DNA of 64,000 nucleotides from the human T2T-CHM13v2.0 reference genome, Homo sapiens, in the NCBI RefSeq assembly GCF_009914755.1, contig NC_060925.1, one strand, 5' to 3'. Of the stretch, positions 1 to 12,930 are shown piece after piece; the stretch's first letter is position 1, and every line of letters begins with the position of its first letter. The translations under genes were made by a program, and so were the position numbers. The notes beneath the pieces are model-generated. The model ran no database searches. It was not told the DNA's origin and saw only the letters and a list, made by a program, of their open reading frames with translations.

Positions 1-1337
1 AAGAAAACAAAATGAAATCAACCAAACCACCCCCCAAGTTTCTTCACTGGCCTGGGTGTGCTGCAGCGTGCTCTGGGGCATGGACACGCAGCCCCAGCTT
101 TCTCACTTGTGGAAGGTCTGCCCAGCTGTGGAGCCTGGCAGGACGGGACAGGTGGCCACTTAGGGAACATTTGACTGCCAAGGCCGCTGGCACAGGCCTC
201 TGGGCAGGCTTGCTTTCATAGGATGGTGGGTGCATCGGGGCCTCACTCAGAGGCAGGGGCCCTCCTCTTTCCCCCACCCTACGCTCACCCTGAGCTGCAT
301 TCTCAAAGTCCATTTCTGGCAGCAACCTGGGGTTAGATTTTCTTAGGTTAATTAGGCTTGTCTGCCTTACCTTTCTGTGTGTGCACTTGAGTGTGTGCAT
401 GTCTCTGTGTGTGAGTGTGTGTGCACGTGCCTGCTCCGTCAGGTGGGGTCAGTAATAGTGCTGTCCACCTACAGCTATTTGGTGTTAAAAGGAGATGGTG
501 CATGATGTCGGGTGCTTAAAAGCACAGGGCTTGTTTTCCAGCTAGTGTCCGGGAAATGTGAGCCATCAAAATTCTCATCCAGAGGCTCGGCGGAAAACAT
601 TTACCCCGTTGCAGAATGGCTTCGACTCTTTCTCAGACCCACCCTTCCTGTCCTCTTTGGTTGGTCATCTTCCTTATATGGTGACGTTTTTCAGTAGAAC
701 GTAAGAAACGCCTGCCTTTATTAGCAGTGGCTCCTGAAGGTTGGTTCCAGGGAAGCTGTTTTCGTCTTCGGTGGGTGGCTCACGGGAGAACATTAGGGCC
801 TTGGGGGTGCAGTTTGGCAGGCTTTGCATTTAGCAAATACTCGGGCCCTCAGGCTAGAGCTTTTGTGAGACTGCTCACGCACTGGTTTCTCTTCCAGCTC
901 TAAATCCCCGAGTTGCCGGAACACAGAGAAATTAGAGATGCATGTGATCTCCGCAGGGGGCCAGGCAGCCAGGGGAGAGGGTGGTTCTGGATGCAGGAGC
1001 TCACATTCCTCACTGGGAACATTTGGAGGATATAGGTCTAGGGGAGGGTGACTGTATTACCTGGATCCTCCAGAGGGCCATTAGGGCTGCCAGCGGAGGT
1101 CAGGAGCAGTGATCTACGGGAGATGCTGCCGCCATCCCCTTCAGTGGGAATTTCTCCTGGATGTCTCTGCAGAAGGCACGTGGGTGTCACATATGCACAC
1201 ACATGCATGCACAGCGCATGGCTGGGGCTGCAGAGCAGGCGCCCCAGTGTCATGGACCCTGTGGCCACAGCTGCTGGGCCTGTTCACACACGGTTGGGAC
1301 TGGCCAAGGGTCTCACCCAGACTAGACGGGAATGGGG

Positions 1338-1500
1338 GAGACCCAGAGAGACGCAGAGCAGTGCCGCTGGGGACCCCGGGGACTCAGAGCAGTGCCGCTG
1401 GGGACCCTGGGGACTCACAGCAGTACTGCTGGGGACGCCGAGGACGCAGAGCCGTGCCACTGGGGACCCCGGGAAAGCAGGGCAGTGCCACTGGGACCCA
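1338..1500. repeat. GC-rich minisatellite, 31-bp unit, ~5 degenerate copies
   Basis: Unit ~ggggaccccggggactcagagcagtgccgct starts at 1369, 1400, 1431, 1462 and 1493 (partial), with a degenerate copy from ~1338. Confidence 0.9.
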
Positions 1501-3472
1501 GATCATGCCCCTCTGCATGTAACCGATGGCACAAACACCAGGCCTTCAGCAGGGCCATAAGCATCTGAGGCTAGGAAGGCACATGCGTGATTAGCAGATG
1601 GGTGATGGGGCCTCTAGCGGGCAGATTCTGTGGTGGCGCTGAAACAGGAGACGTCCTCTCCGACCTTGGAGACCTGGCATTTGGAGCCTGAATGAGCCAG
1701 AGACAGGAAGCCTGTCCCTCCCCTCTCTGGGCGACCTTCCGAGGAGGCATCAGCTCTTCCCTTGCTTTGGGGAGGGAACTTACCCTGCGTGCAGTCCTCC
1801 TGCCCCCCTGCCTGGCGCATCTTTCCCCCTCACGTCCTCTCCCCCACTCCCTCCTCTTCCCGCCTGTGGTTTTCTTTCCCATTCCTGTCTGCCAGCAGTG
1901 CCTCCTCTCCCCATTAACATCCCGCCATTTTGATTAAAAAAAAAATCCCCCAAAATAAAAACTCATACTTGTTTCTATGGGCTTCCTATGTTTCTTTGGA
2001 AGCAGCCTCTTCATAAACCCAGTGAATAAATCTCTTCAATTGTTGAGACTCCTGTGAGAGAGTCTGGTGAAGTATAGCTTGTACCTGAACACTGCGCAAA
2101 TGAGTCTATCCTGTTTTTAATCATGGGCCAGAACTAAGCTAATGTTTTATGTGCTTCTCTTTTAAAATCCTCCTAAGGACCCCGAGAAGCCAGCACTAAT
2201 ATCATCCCCACGTTTTAGACGCAAAGCAGTTCAAAGTGTTTAAAAGATAACTTGGTGGTGGTCACCCAGCGAAAGGTGGCAGAACCCAAAACCTTGCTCC
2301 TTATCCACTGTGACTTGGCCTCCAGGGATGAGACCAACCTCTCCTGGAAGGGCATTGCTGTTGCTAGCCACACCTGCCCGTCTGGCCCCCTCCTGCTGTA
2401 GTTGGAAGCATCTTTCCTGTTCATTCTGTCCTCAGCTGAAATAGCAAACAGCTGGTCACCATCCGGCACCAAATACCCCCAATACCTGAGACTGCATGTC
2501 TGACTAGTCATTAATTTGTACCCCCCAGCAGGCCAACCTCAAACTCTTTAAACTTTATATATATCTACATTTGAAAGATTATTTTTATTCCATTAGAGCC
2601 GTTACATCCTTATTGTAGATGCCCTTAGCAAGAAGGGTTTCTGGAAGGGGAGGCCCTAGAAGGTGACTATCGGTACTGAATCCTGGTTCTTTTGATTCCA
2701 GATATGAAATTGGCTTTTAGAGCACATTGTGCTGATTAAGCCCAAATAACACCACATGAGTAGATTTTAAAAGTCTCCTCTTGAAGACGTCCTCTAGCAT
2801 CTGTTGTTGGATTGTGTGGCTGATACGGGCTTGGAGTTAAGCACATCCTTCCTCGATACTAGTTCTCTCTTTCCATTAAAAAATGCAAATGCAGAGGCCT
2901 CGAATGTGCCCAATTTAGATGTTTTGATATGGAAAGGTAATGTTAATAAGGGCATTTGGCAGTGATGCACTGAAGAAAATAAAACAGACGCATGGTTTAG
3001 GTTCTGCTGTTCCTTCCCAAACTGCTTTTCCAGGCATCCAAAACCCAGCTCTTCTGAAAGGGCCTGGGATTCTCCAGTGGGTGCCTTGGTTGGGAGGGGA
3101 CCCCTTCATGAGAATCTCCCTCTTCTCTGACCTCTCTCAGTAGAAGTGCACAGAAAGTCTGATCTCAGATCTGCCTCTGCATATTAATAGCAATATTATG
3201 TTTAAATTGAAAATTTCATTTTTCCTGCCTGGTGTGCAGGCAAATAATTGAGACCTAATTTACTTTATTTAATAAGCTAGTAGCCAATGTAGTTAAGCCC
3301 ACACTGATAAAAACTTGGAGGGCATTTGTTGACAACCTCCCACATTTTTCTGGCTGGCTTGGTTGGACCTGGAACAGCAGGAGGCCAGGATACCAGAGCC
3401 TCCCAAGTCCCAGAGAACTCCCAAAGGGTCTCCCAGCTGCCGGAGGCTTCCAGAGGGAGGGAGTGCCACATG

Positions 3473-3493
3473 GGAGCTGTCCGTGGTTCTTGT
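3473..3493 (-). promoter_or_regulatory. Weaker RE1/NRSE (REST) motif
   Basis: Minus strand reads ACAAGAACCACGGACAGCTCC vs consensus TTCAGCACCACGGACAGCGCC. Right half is near perfect, left half degenerate. Confidence 0.4.
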
Positions 3494-3974
3494 GGCTGAA
3501 ATTGGCAGGGCTCCATGGTGCTCACTGGCAAGGGCTGCAGCAGCCTGGGGCTGCCGTCTGTGTTCCATCCCGGATGCAGCTGATGTGCTCACTCTGCAGA
3601 CATTTCTTAGTGCCTAACTCTGCTGGCCAGGTGAACAAGGCCCTGTTTTTCCCTTGAAGATCTCATGGTTCAGTGGGAGAGACAGTGGGAGAGAGGAGAA
3701 AGTGACTAACTCCACTTAGGAATGTGTGTGGTTTAGGGGCAAGAGTGTGAGTTTTGGACTCATGTTCTTAAATGCTGACCTCAATAAATATGTTTAAATT
3801 CTTTGAGCCTTGATTTTTCTTATCTGTAAAAATGCAAGTACAGATAGTAGAGCTTTTCTTCCAGCTTGTTAAAAGGAGAAACTATAAAACCTAATGTGAA
3901 ATGCTGCCATGGAGCAGTGACCATCACAACTGCTGCCGGGGTAGACATGGGAGATAGCCTTAGCACTGAGAGTT

Positions 3975-4318
3975 GATATTTCTGTTTTTCCTCCTGGGTG
4001 CCCATGGTGGAACTCTTCCTCCCTGCCCCCTTTGAAGTTAGGAGTGGTTGTACAACTGACTTTGGCTCATGCAGGGTGAGCAGAAGTGACATGTGTGGTT
4101 TGCTATGTGCCCTTCTCCTGACTCAGTAATCAGGGCTGCTTGTGCTGAGGTGGAGGCTCCAGCAGCCTGGATCCCTGAGTGACTACATGGAGTGGAGTCT
4201 CCTCCCCAACAACATGCAGGGGATGTGTGGTGTGAACAAGTGGCTTTTTGTTGAAGCCACTGAACTGTTAGGGTCAATTGTTATTGTTACTGCAGTATAA
4301 CATCTTGTCCTGACTAAA
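3975..4318 (+). mobile_element. Ancient MaLR LTR (MLT1J/K/L-like)
   Basis: cagcctggatccctgagtgactacatggag ... aagccactga ... tgttactgcagtataac ... cctgactaa, typical of an MLT1 3' half. Confidence 0.7.
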
Positions 4319-4739
4319 GGTTCAGGAGGATAGATTTTCTCCCTTCGGTGAGAAGGAGGGTACTCCACAGACAAGGTTACACTTCAGCACAGTCTTAAAT
4401 CAGGACTCTGCATTCTCTAGATGCAGGAGGGGATAAGGGAATTCCAGATGGAGGAACTGGCACACGCAGGACCTGAAGGATAAGGTCTCTGGCTGTCAAG
4501 TAGATTTACATTTCTCCATTGTCCCTCCTCTCTTCCGCTTACCTTTCTTTCTCTCTTCTCCATTCCTGTCCCCACCCTTCTTCAGCTTCCTCCCTTTCAT
4601 TCTCTTTTCTTGCCAGGTGTCCTGAGGCTCTGAGTGACCCTGGAAGTTGCCCTTTAACTGGCCAGTGTCTCCAAAGTGGTTGCATGTCTCGAAGCTCTTT
4701 GCGGCCTCATTTCCTCCTGCTCATTGGTTGGCTTTGGCT

Positions 4740-4774
4740 TTCTCTCTCTCTCTCTCTCTTTTTTTTTTTTTTTT
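4740..4774. repeat. (TC)n followed by poly-T
   Basis: Read directly from the sequence. Confidence 0.9.
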
Positions 4775-6484
4775 GGAGGTTACTAGGATTAGAGATTGAA
4801 GCTGATAAGTGCAGCTTCTCCACTTGGTGGGTGGTGATGGTGGTGGAGCGTCATCCGAGCAGGGGATATGCCTGGATGTCATCCACCCAGGCTGAATGCC
4901 TTCCCAGCAACAGAGCTCTGTGACTTGGGGTGGGTTCTGTATAAACCCTGAAGCTTCTATCACCAGGTGACTTTTTCTAGTATTCATTGACAAAGAAGAG
5001 ATTTTAGGACATCTCTCACCCTACCCCCTAGCTGATTCCCTGTTTAGCCAGTTGGTGAAGTCCAGGCTGAGTCATTCTGAGAGCAGAGGAAGCCCTTGGT
5101 CATAATGGTGCAGCCTGTCTGGCCAGGCGAGGGGAGGGGGGTGGTCATGGAGGATTTCAGCGGGGAGGGTGGAGGCTTCCTGGACTTGTGGGGATCAAGA
5201 TTTTCTCTTTTGCTGGCTGGCTGGCCCTAGAGCTGTGCTTTATTAAGATCATTTGAATATTATGGCTTTAGGAACAGAACCTATTAATAATTGTGACAAG
5301 GAGAAATTGTAGAGCGTGGAAAAAAGGGGAAAAAGAGTCACTCCAAGGTAAAATAAACCACCACAATTGGAAAGTCCAGGTAACTACCAGAGTGAGACAA
5401 ATACTACCTAGAGAGTCACAGTGGGAGCCATTTGAAAAACAAAGTACAATTAAAAGTTTAATTTTTGATGGAATTAGTAAATTAAAAGTTTCAGGAATGG
5501 GTCTTCTCAGGAGAGGGGAGCGTCTGCTGTTGGCTTTGGTGTGGCTACGCCAGCTGGGCCCTAATCTCAGCCTTTGCCCGGAGAGATTCTGCAGCACCTG
5601 CCGAGTGAGCAGTCATCCCATTTGAGCTCTGTAAGAGATCCAGCGTTCCTCTGGGAGTGTCCTGAGCACGCCCACCACCACCTGTCCCTGAGCCTTCCCT
5701 TGCAACAGTCTTGCCTTCCTTTCATTCTCTTCTCAGCTGGTCTTGAGTCCGAAGTGAGCGGCTTCCTTTGTCGCTTGGGAGCTGCAGCTTGCACCGCACT
5801 CAGGTGTAAGGACCTGCAGGTGTGTGCAGACACAGTCTGTGTGTTCCTCAGAAGGAATGACCACTTGAAGCAGAGCTTTGTGACGAGGCCTTCCCCAAGT
5901 GCATCTGAGAACGTTCACAGGACTTCTGAGACTCTAAGATGAGCCGTCAACCTGTGTTGCAAATCTCCTCCAGCTTTAGGAATTAGTTTAAAATTAAACT
6001 TACAGACAGGCCAAATCTCCCCAGACTCAGGCCGACTTAGGAAAGTACAATGCGTGGCTTCATTTTAACAAGTAGTTCCCTGATACGGTACATGAGGAAA
6101 ATGCTGCTGAACGTCAGCTAGTTAACTTGAGGACCCAGCATCAGCCATTCTCCGGACTGCGAGCTCAGCTTGTTTCAAGTCTGGGGGTTCATGTACGAAC
6201 TACAGGCTGGTTCTGGGGTCTCAGCCTAAGCTGAAGATCCGGCGGGGACCAATATGGACAAAGCATAGAGGAAACTGCCCAGTCAGAAAGGCAGTGAGCC
6301 AGAAGCCAAGATGTTCCTTAGGAACACCCAGGGAGGGGGCAGCGTCAAGGCCAGGGGGTGCAGGGCCTGCCAGCTCACCTGTCTCCCACCTTCACGTACA
6401 TCCTCTATTCTGGGAAAGTGTGATCGATCCTGCTATGCATATTGTTGCATTCCATCTTCATTTTGTGTCTCTTGATTGTTGGGG

Positions 6485-6796
6485 TTTTTTGTTTGTTTGT
6501 TTTTTTGTTTTGAGATGGAGTCTCGCTCTGTTGCCCAGGCTGGAGTATAGTGGCACAATCTCTACTAACTGCAACCTCTGCCTCCCGGGTGCAAGCGATT
6601 CTTCTGACTCAGCCTCCTGAGTAGCTGGGATTATAGGGGCCCACCACCACACCCAGCTAATTTTTGTATTTTTACTAGAGATGAGGTTTCATCATGGTGG
6701 CTAGGCTGGTCTCGAACTCTTGACCTCAGGTGGATCCACCCGCCTTGGCCTCCCAAAGTGCTGGGATCCCAAAGTGCAAGAGATTACATGCCTGGC
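6485..6796 (-). mobile_element. Alu (AluS-like) with a small rearrangement at its 5' end
   Basis: T-rich tail then gagatggagtctcgctctgttgcccaggctggag...; tcccaaagtgc occurs twice near 6751-6777; tctcttg flanks both sides. Confidence 0.95.
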
Positions 6797-6839
6797 TCTC
6801 TTGGTTTTAAAGAAACAGCAGCTATTAAGTTCAGATGCT

Positions 6840-7210
6840 TTTCTAAGTGTTTATTCATCCCATGACTTAGTGTGTGTCAGGCACTGTCCTGGACACTAGG
6901 ATGTGGTGGTTAAAGCAGCCCAGAGTCTCTGCCTTCAAGGAGCTGATGTTCTGGTGGGAGGAGGGCATCGGGGGATCCTCAGTGAGGAGTAAATGTCACG
7001 AGCCCAGTGGGAAAGTGAAGGAGGGAATGGGGTCCAGCGGGGGAAGGGAATCCCAGGGACATCTGGGCAAAGACGTTCCCAGGAGGGGACTGCAAGCGCG
7101 GTGTCCTTGGGGCGGGATTGCACTGGGAGTGTTTGAAGGTCAGCCGGGAGACTGCGAGGCAGGAGCTGGTGGAGAGAGGACGTGGAAGGAGGTGAGGCTG
7201 GGGAAGTGAC
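6840..7210 (-). mobile_element. L2 fragment
   Basis: tttattcat...gtgtcaggcactgtcctggacactagg...ctctgccttcaaggagctgatgttctggtggg, the L2 3'-end signature. Confidence 0.65.
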
Positions 7211-8694
7211 CGGCAGGGCCACGGAGGACTCAGGCGGCTGTTCCCGGCCTGCACCCTGGTCCTCCATGGTGGTGAAGGGCTGGGGGTAGGACCACAGCCT
7301 CCTTGTCTTGACTTCCTGGGGAGATGGGGCAGGAAGAGAGTCTGTAGATAATAAGCTGCCTGCACCCTGAGCTACTCCAGAGACGGCATCTGTCTGCTCC
7401 GGGGCCAGGGCGGAGAAGCCTGAAGCTGAGTCCCTGGGGTGCAGGGCCCACACTCTGGCTGCTCATTGCCACTCTGGGTCCCGACCGGGTGTGGGTTCAG
7501 ATGAAGACTCTCAAACAGGCCTTGGCTGCATCAAACACATCGCGGGGGTGTGGGGTCTAGGGCTGAAGTCACGGGGTAGACTTCAGACTTCTGCAAACGT
7601 CACCTGGCAGTGCCCAGTTGAGATATCTGTCTCGGCAGTACCAGGCTATTTGAACATGTCTTTGTAGGTTTATCACCAAGGTAGAAGAGTTCATTGTCTA
7701 TTTCTTAGGTGAGGGACTCCAATTTGTGGAGGCAATGGTGGGGGTAGGGTGGGTGGAGGAGAGAGTATGGTGGGGAGGGGAAGGAGCCCCAGGGGGCCTT
7801 GGCCTCCACGAGTTTCTAGTCCTTGTCAGGGTGAGGCAGGCGGAGAAGAGGGGACTCTGGGAAGGAGAAATGGGAACATCACACTGGGGTATTTATGGGA
7901 GCCGTGCACAGGAGCGCTGGCCATTCGTCTTGAGGCCCCACTGCAGGGAGCAGCGCTGGAAGCCCGGCCCTCTGTACTGTGTGTTCCCAGGCACAGGGAG
8001 AATGACTGTGCTGCCTCTTTCCGGGGTGTAATTTGAGTTTGCATGTGGAACGAGGCCCTGGCCCCTAAGTCAGCCCCTTTATGTTTTGGTCGTGATTGGT
8101 GAGGCGCTGCGGCAAGGTGCCCACGTCCCTCTGGTGATCTGGAGACACGGTGAACAATGTCGACATTGAATATGTTGCCAGGAGTGCTTAGCGGAAGGTT
8201 GATACAGCACCTCGGGTCTGAACGTTCTCTCCCAGTGCTTATGAGCTGAAAATCTCAGAATTGAGGCAGGCAATTTCTGAGTTCATTCAGAACGCAGTGA
8301 GCTGTTTGGGAGATGGCCACGTGCAGAGGCAGACGGCAGCTGACGCAGGCTTCTCCGGTGACACAGTGACCGTTCAGCCCCAAGAGAAGGCAGTAGGGAG
8401 ATTACCTACCGCTACTGCAGACTCCTTCCCAGGCAGACACTTCCAGACCCACTCTTCGCTACATCCTGGAGCTGCGTGGGGTGGGCAGGTGGGGCTGCAC
8501 GGACGGAGACCTCTGGTTCCTCTTGGCCCTTTGGCCTCCCGCTACCCAGCGCTGTGAGTGGGGTCTTCCAGTGGGTCCTGATTGCCAGGTCTTGAGCTGC
8601 TTCAGGTGCCCCCAGCCTGGGTGTCCGAGGTTGCTGATGCACTTGGGGGCTCAGTTGCTGTTGGTGCTTTGATAGACTGTCCCTTCTGAGGAAA

Positions 8695-8788
8695 CATCCC
8701 TGCCAGGACAGACTCATCCCTGTTTGCCAGGACAGACTCATCCCTGTTTGCCAGGACAGACTCATCCCTGTTTGCCAGGACAGACTCA
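8695..8788. repeat. 24-bp tandem repeat, 3 perfect copies plus one 20-bp variant
   Basis: catccctgtttgccaggacagact at 8715, 8739 and 8763; shortened copy at 8695. Confidence 0.95.
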
Positions 8789-9299
8789 GGACCAGCCTGT
8801 GACAGAGGCTGCTCCCTCTGGATTGTATTCATTCGAATAGGTGGTCCCGTTAAACCCAAGATGGTGCTCTGTGGTGTCCCAGTCTACCCCTGCCCCTGGA
8901 CTCCAGTTCCTGTAGGGCTCTGTACGCCCCCTCTCCTGACCCTCCCACCCCAGCTCCTGGAACATTCTGTGTTTCCTTGGGAACCTGCTGCACTTAGCAA
9001 AGCCCCCTCTCCGCAGCCTCCCCCTTCTTCCGCTCAGGGGCTCTGGCTCTGCCGTGGGGACACTGCTGCCCTTCAGCCCTTTCAAGTGGAGGCTGTGTTC
9101 TCCTCTCGGCCTGAGTGTTACTGGGCCTTGGCATGGGGCGGGGGGGTGGGTATCCTTGGTCCCCAGGGCCACTTCTAGTTCACTGTCCCCCCTTGTCCTT
9201 GAGTCTGCATCTTCGGCTGCTTCACGCCCCACTGCTGCTTGTGGGGCCACCCTTGGGCCCTGGGGCCATTCTTTTTTGCTCCCTGATGGTCGCTGGCGG

Positions 9300-10920
9300 G
9301 TTCTTGTCCAGCCCTCTCCTGTGTTGTGGTGTTTTCGTGTCGTTCTCTCCGACGACACCTTGGTTTCTCAGTTCCTGGGCTTTCTCCCCTCCAAAGACCT
9401 CCTTGTTCAGCGACTCATCCCTAGGCCCTGGGTCTGTTCTCTGTGGCTTCCTGCTTTACCATCTCAGGTTCCAGAAGCCCATTCAGACTACCTGGCCTTC
9501 TCTGCCCACTCCTCCCAGTGTCTACAGTCCAGCCACGCCTCAACACCAGAATCCAGGGACCCTCGGTGTCTTTGTGCTGCCCCAGCCATTCCTGGTCTCA
9601 CACCCTCCCCGACTCAGCTCAGATTCCACAGGTCCCTCCTCGCCCACGTGCCTTCTGCATCGGGCCCCTTTCCCCTCGCTCACATGACCAGGTGCGTGGC
9701 TCGTCCAGCTCTACTCATACCTGGTTCTCCTCTTGGGCTGTGCCCACACCCGCCCAGTACCTGGTTCTCCTCCTGAGCTGTGCCCACACCTGCCCAGCAG
9801 CCTGACTGGCCTTCAGTTCCCAGCACCAGCATCAAGTGCCCCCTTGGCTCTGTCTGATTCTCCTCCGTGCTGTCCCTCGACCCTCCTCCGTGCTGTCAAT
9901 CCATCCCTGTCTGGCTCTCTGGTCTCTTGGGCCGGGCCGTCCCCTCTTATCCCTCCTCCACCCTGCTCCCCTCCCCGCACTCCTCGCAGCTGCTGACCTG
10001 CTTTCCATCGCCCAGAGCAGAGGAGACAGGGGCAGTCAGAACAACACTGACACTGCCCTGGCTGCCCCCTGCCAGCCTCGCCCGGCCACTCTGCTGAGGG
10101 AATGGGAAAGAGCCGACACAGCCATGCAGGGGAGGAGGGAGCTCGTGGGGGCGGCTGGAGGGATGGACCCTCATGCTCCTTGCCAAGGGCAACTCTTCAC
10201 TCATGAACTTGACCCTGTCCCTTTGGCCAGTTCCAAGTGTTTGCCGCCACAGCGTCCCTTCCCTCTCCTGCGGTGGCAGCTTCTTTTCCTTCCTTCCTGG
10301 TTCTTTCCCATCAGTGTCTGCGTATGCTCCCATCGCGACTCACTTCCCTCCAGTTCTGTTTCTAGTTTTTCCTTCACAGCAGAGCTTCATCGAAGCTCTA
10401 TGCCCACCATCATCAGTTCCGCTGTCTTCTCGCGGCGAGGTGTGATGCGGGAGCGTGGCAGCCCCCTCTCTGGTCTCCTGCATCACTCCTGCCTCTGCGC
10501 CCTTGCTCTAGAACCTTCTCCACGTGGCCACCCAAGAGGCCTTGTTAGAATGAGCGTCAGATCATGGCACGTCTTTGCTCAAAGCCTTTCAGAGCCCCCT
10601 TCTCACTCAGGATAGATGCTGAAGTCCTCACTGTGACAGGATCTGCACCCCCACCCGCCAGGGCCCCTCTGAGCCCATCCCCTTCCCCTTCCTCCCTCAC
10701 TCCACTCTGGGGACACAGGCATCTTGGCCACTTCTCGAAGCAGGGCCTTTGCCCTTGCTGGTCTTGCCTGCAATGCCCTTCCCCAGGTATCTGCCTGGCT
10801 CCCTCTCACTCCCATAGAAAGGAATTTTTAGGTTTTACTGTGTCCCCAGCGCCCATAGCAGGGCCTGGGACCTGGTGGTTGGTTGCTCAGCATGTCTCTG
10901 TGAATGAATGAGTGAATGAA
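9300..10920 (+). mobile_element. Degraded L2 fragments
   Basis: Pyrimidine-rich L2-like body ending in tgtgtccccagcgcccatagcagggcctgg...gtgaatgaatgagtgaatgaa. Confidence 0.55.
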
Positions 10921-11837
10921 AGCTGCGTGGAATCTGGAGTCTTCCTGGTGGGAGACAGCCCTTAAAGCAGTATCCCTGGCGCTGTCTCCTCCTCTGTTAG
11001 CCTTACCCGTCCTGGCCTGCCCTTGCCCATTTTGAGGACTTGCTGCTCCTGCTGCCTCTGCTGCACATGTGTCCTGGGCTGGGGGGTCCCTGTGGGTAAC
11101 CCTGTCACCACTTAGCACAGACCATCGTCCTCACTGCCAGCCCAGCCTCTGACTTAATTACCACTGGAACTTGGGTTGCACAAACAGGGGTCCCCTGGGC
11201 CTGCCCACTTGATTTCCTGCTGGGAGACCAGCAGGGGCTGTTCTTACCCTAAGTTTAGCTGGGATGTGGGGAGTGGTGGCTTCCCTGCTGGCCCATGGAC
11301 AACTCTCCTTGGGGACAGCTCATGTCCTCCCCCACAAGGAAGGAAGGAGAAGAGAGGCCAGGCCGCCTCTGCATGTCTGGGTTTCTATGACGAGAAGCAG
11401 CCTCCTGGGTCTTTCTGAGCTTGGGAAGCACTGATGGGTGAATTCAGGCTTCATTCCTGCTGGTGCACATCATGCACATCTTCACCTTTTTTTGATTCTC
11501 TATTTTTCTCTTTCATTTTTGCATGGCTCAGTGGAAGCAGCTAATGGGGGTTCAGCAGCAAGTTCTCTCCTCTTAAAGATGGGCTGAGCCTGACCTGCAG
11601 TTGCTTGAACAACTGGACAAGCCCTGGTGGGGCTGTGCATGCTGGTGGTGAGGGGGTCGTACAGGAGAGTTTTCAGAAGGGATGCCTCCTGGCAGAGAGC
11701 GACTGAGGGGAACAGGCAGTAGCGTGACCTTGGAGTCGGGCTGTGCCACACTTGAGTTACACGGACACCACTTCCGGCTCTGTGACCCGGGAGAGCAGCC
11801 TCTGGCCTTCAGTGTTCTCATCTGCAGTATGGGATGG

Positions 11838-12262
11838 TATATGAGTCCACTCTCGCACTGCTTTAAAGAAATACCCTAGACTGGTAATTTATAAATACAA
11901 GAAGTTTAATTGGCTCACAGTTTGGCAGGCTGGACAGGAAGCATAGTGCCGGCATCTGCTCAGCTTCTGGGGAGGCCTCAGGAAACTTACAATCATAGCA
12001 GAAGATGAAGGGGAAGTAGGCTGGTCTTCCGTGGCTGGGGCAGGAGCAAGAGAGAGAGTGGGGAGGTGCCACACACTTTAAACAACCAGATCTTGCGAAA
12101 CTCACTCGCTGTCACAAGAGCAGCACCGAGGGGATGCCACTAACCCATTCACGAGAACCCTACCCCCATGATCCAGTCACCTCCTACCAGACCCCACCTC
12201 TAACACCAGGGATAACAATTTGACATGAAATTTGGGTGGAGACACAGATCCAAACCATATCA
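11838..12262 (-). mobile_element. MST-family MaLR solo LTR (MSTA/MSTB-like) inserted in a MIR
   Basis: Ends gacacagatccaaaccatatca (reverse complement of TGATATGGTTTGG). 5-bp TSD GATGG/GATAG. MIR halves at ~11770-11837 and ~12263-12340. Confidence 0.9.
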
Positions 12263-12930
12263 GATAGTAATAGCACCTAGCTTGTTCAGTTGTTAGGAGA
12301 TTAATGAGAATGTGTGACCAGCACATAGTATTAACTGGTAGCTCTTACTAAATTAAGGAAAGCCCCAGAATTAAGAACCAGAGCCTTCCCTTTACAGCAG
12401 TGTTGAGCATCTGTGCACAGCACCTCCAAGTCCTGGGTTGGTTTGGCTCTACCTCTCAGTGGCTCCAGCCTGACTTAGCATCCCTGAGTCCCCAGTTCTT
12501 CCTGCAAGGAAAGGGGGCTGTCCTCAGGAACAGATGAAAGAACACACAAAAGAGACTCCCTGAACTCTAACACACAATACACGTGTTAGACTGTTGTTAC
12601 CTATTCTTATTGATTTCATCAGCAAGCATTCACTGTGTCCCTTCTGTGCCGGATGCCATGGGAAGTGACAGTGGCCTGGATGGAGACCTGGCCTCGAGGT
12701 GGGTCACCTGAGTGTCCTGTGATACCTTCACCTGGGTGGCTTGGCCCTTATCAGGAGGCTGCGGCAGCATCACAGTGGGAGGCCCTCTGTCTCCCGCCAG
12801 TGGGCCCCAGTCCGTTTGCTCACTATTTTCTATCCCGGAGTTTACCTGCCCAGGCACACTGGGGGCCCAGGCCACGTTCTCCCCTCCCTGCCATGAGTCT
12901 TGATGAAGTACTTCAGGGCTCAGCAAATTT

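Noticed and set aside
4510-4622. Long pyrimidine tract ending CAG|GTGTCC as a recursive site; similar CAG|GT at 33483 and 37513
   Set aside because: Donor halves are weak and such motifs arise by chance in 64 kb.
8695-8788. CRISPR-like array (also considered for 1338-1500)
   Set aside because: Head-to-tail repeats without unique spacers, in mammalian DNA with no cas genes.
9054-10615. ORFs of 190-259 aa
   Set aside because: GC-rich degraded L2 sequence, open in several overlapping frames, with no recognisable domain.
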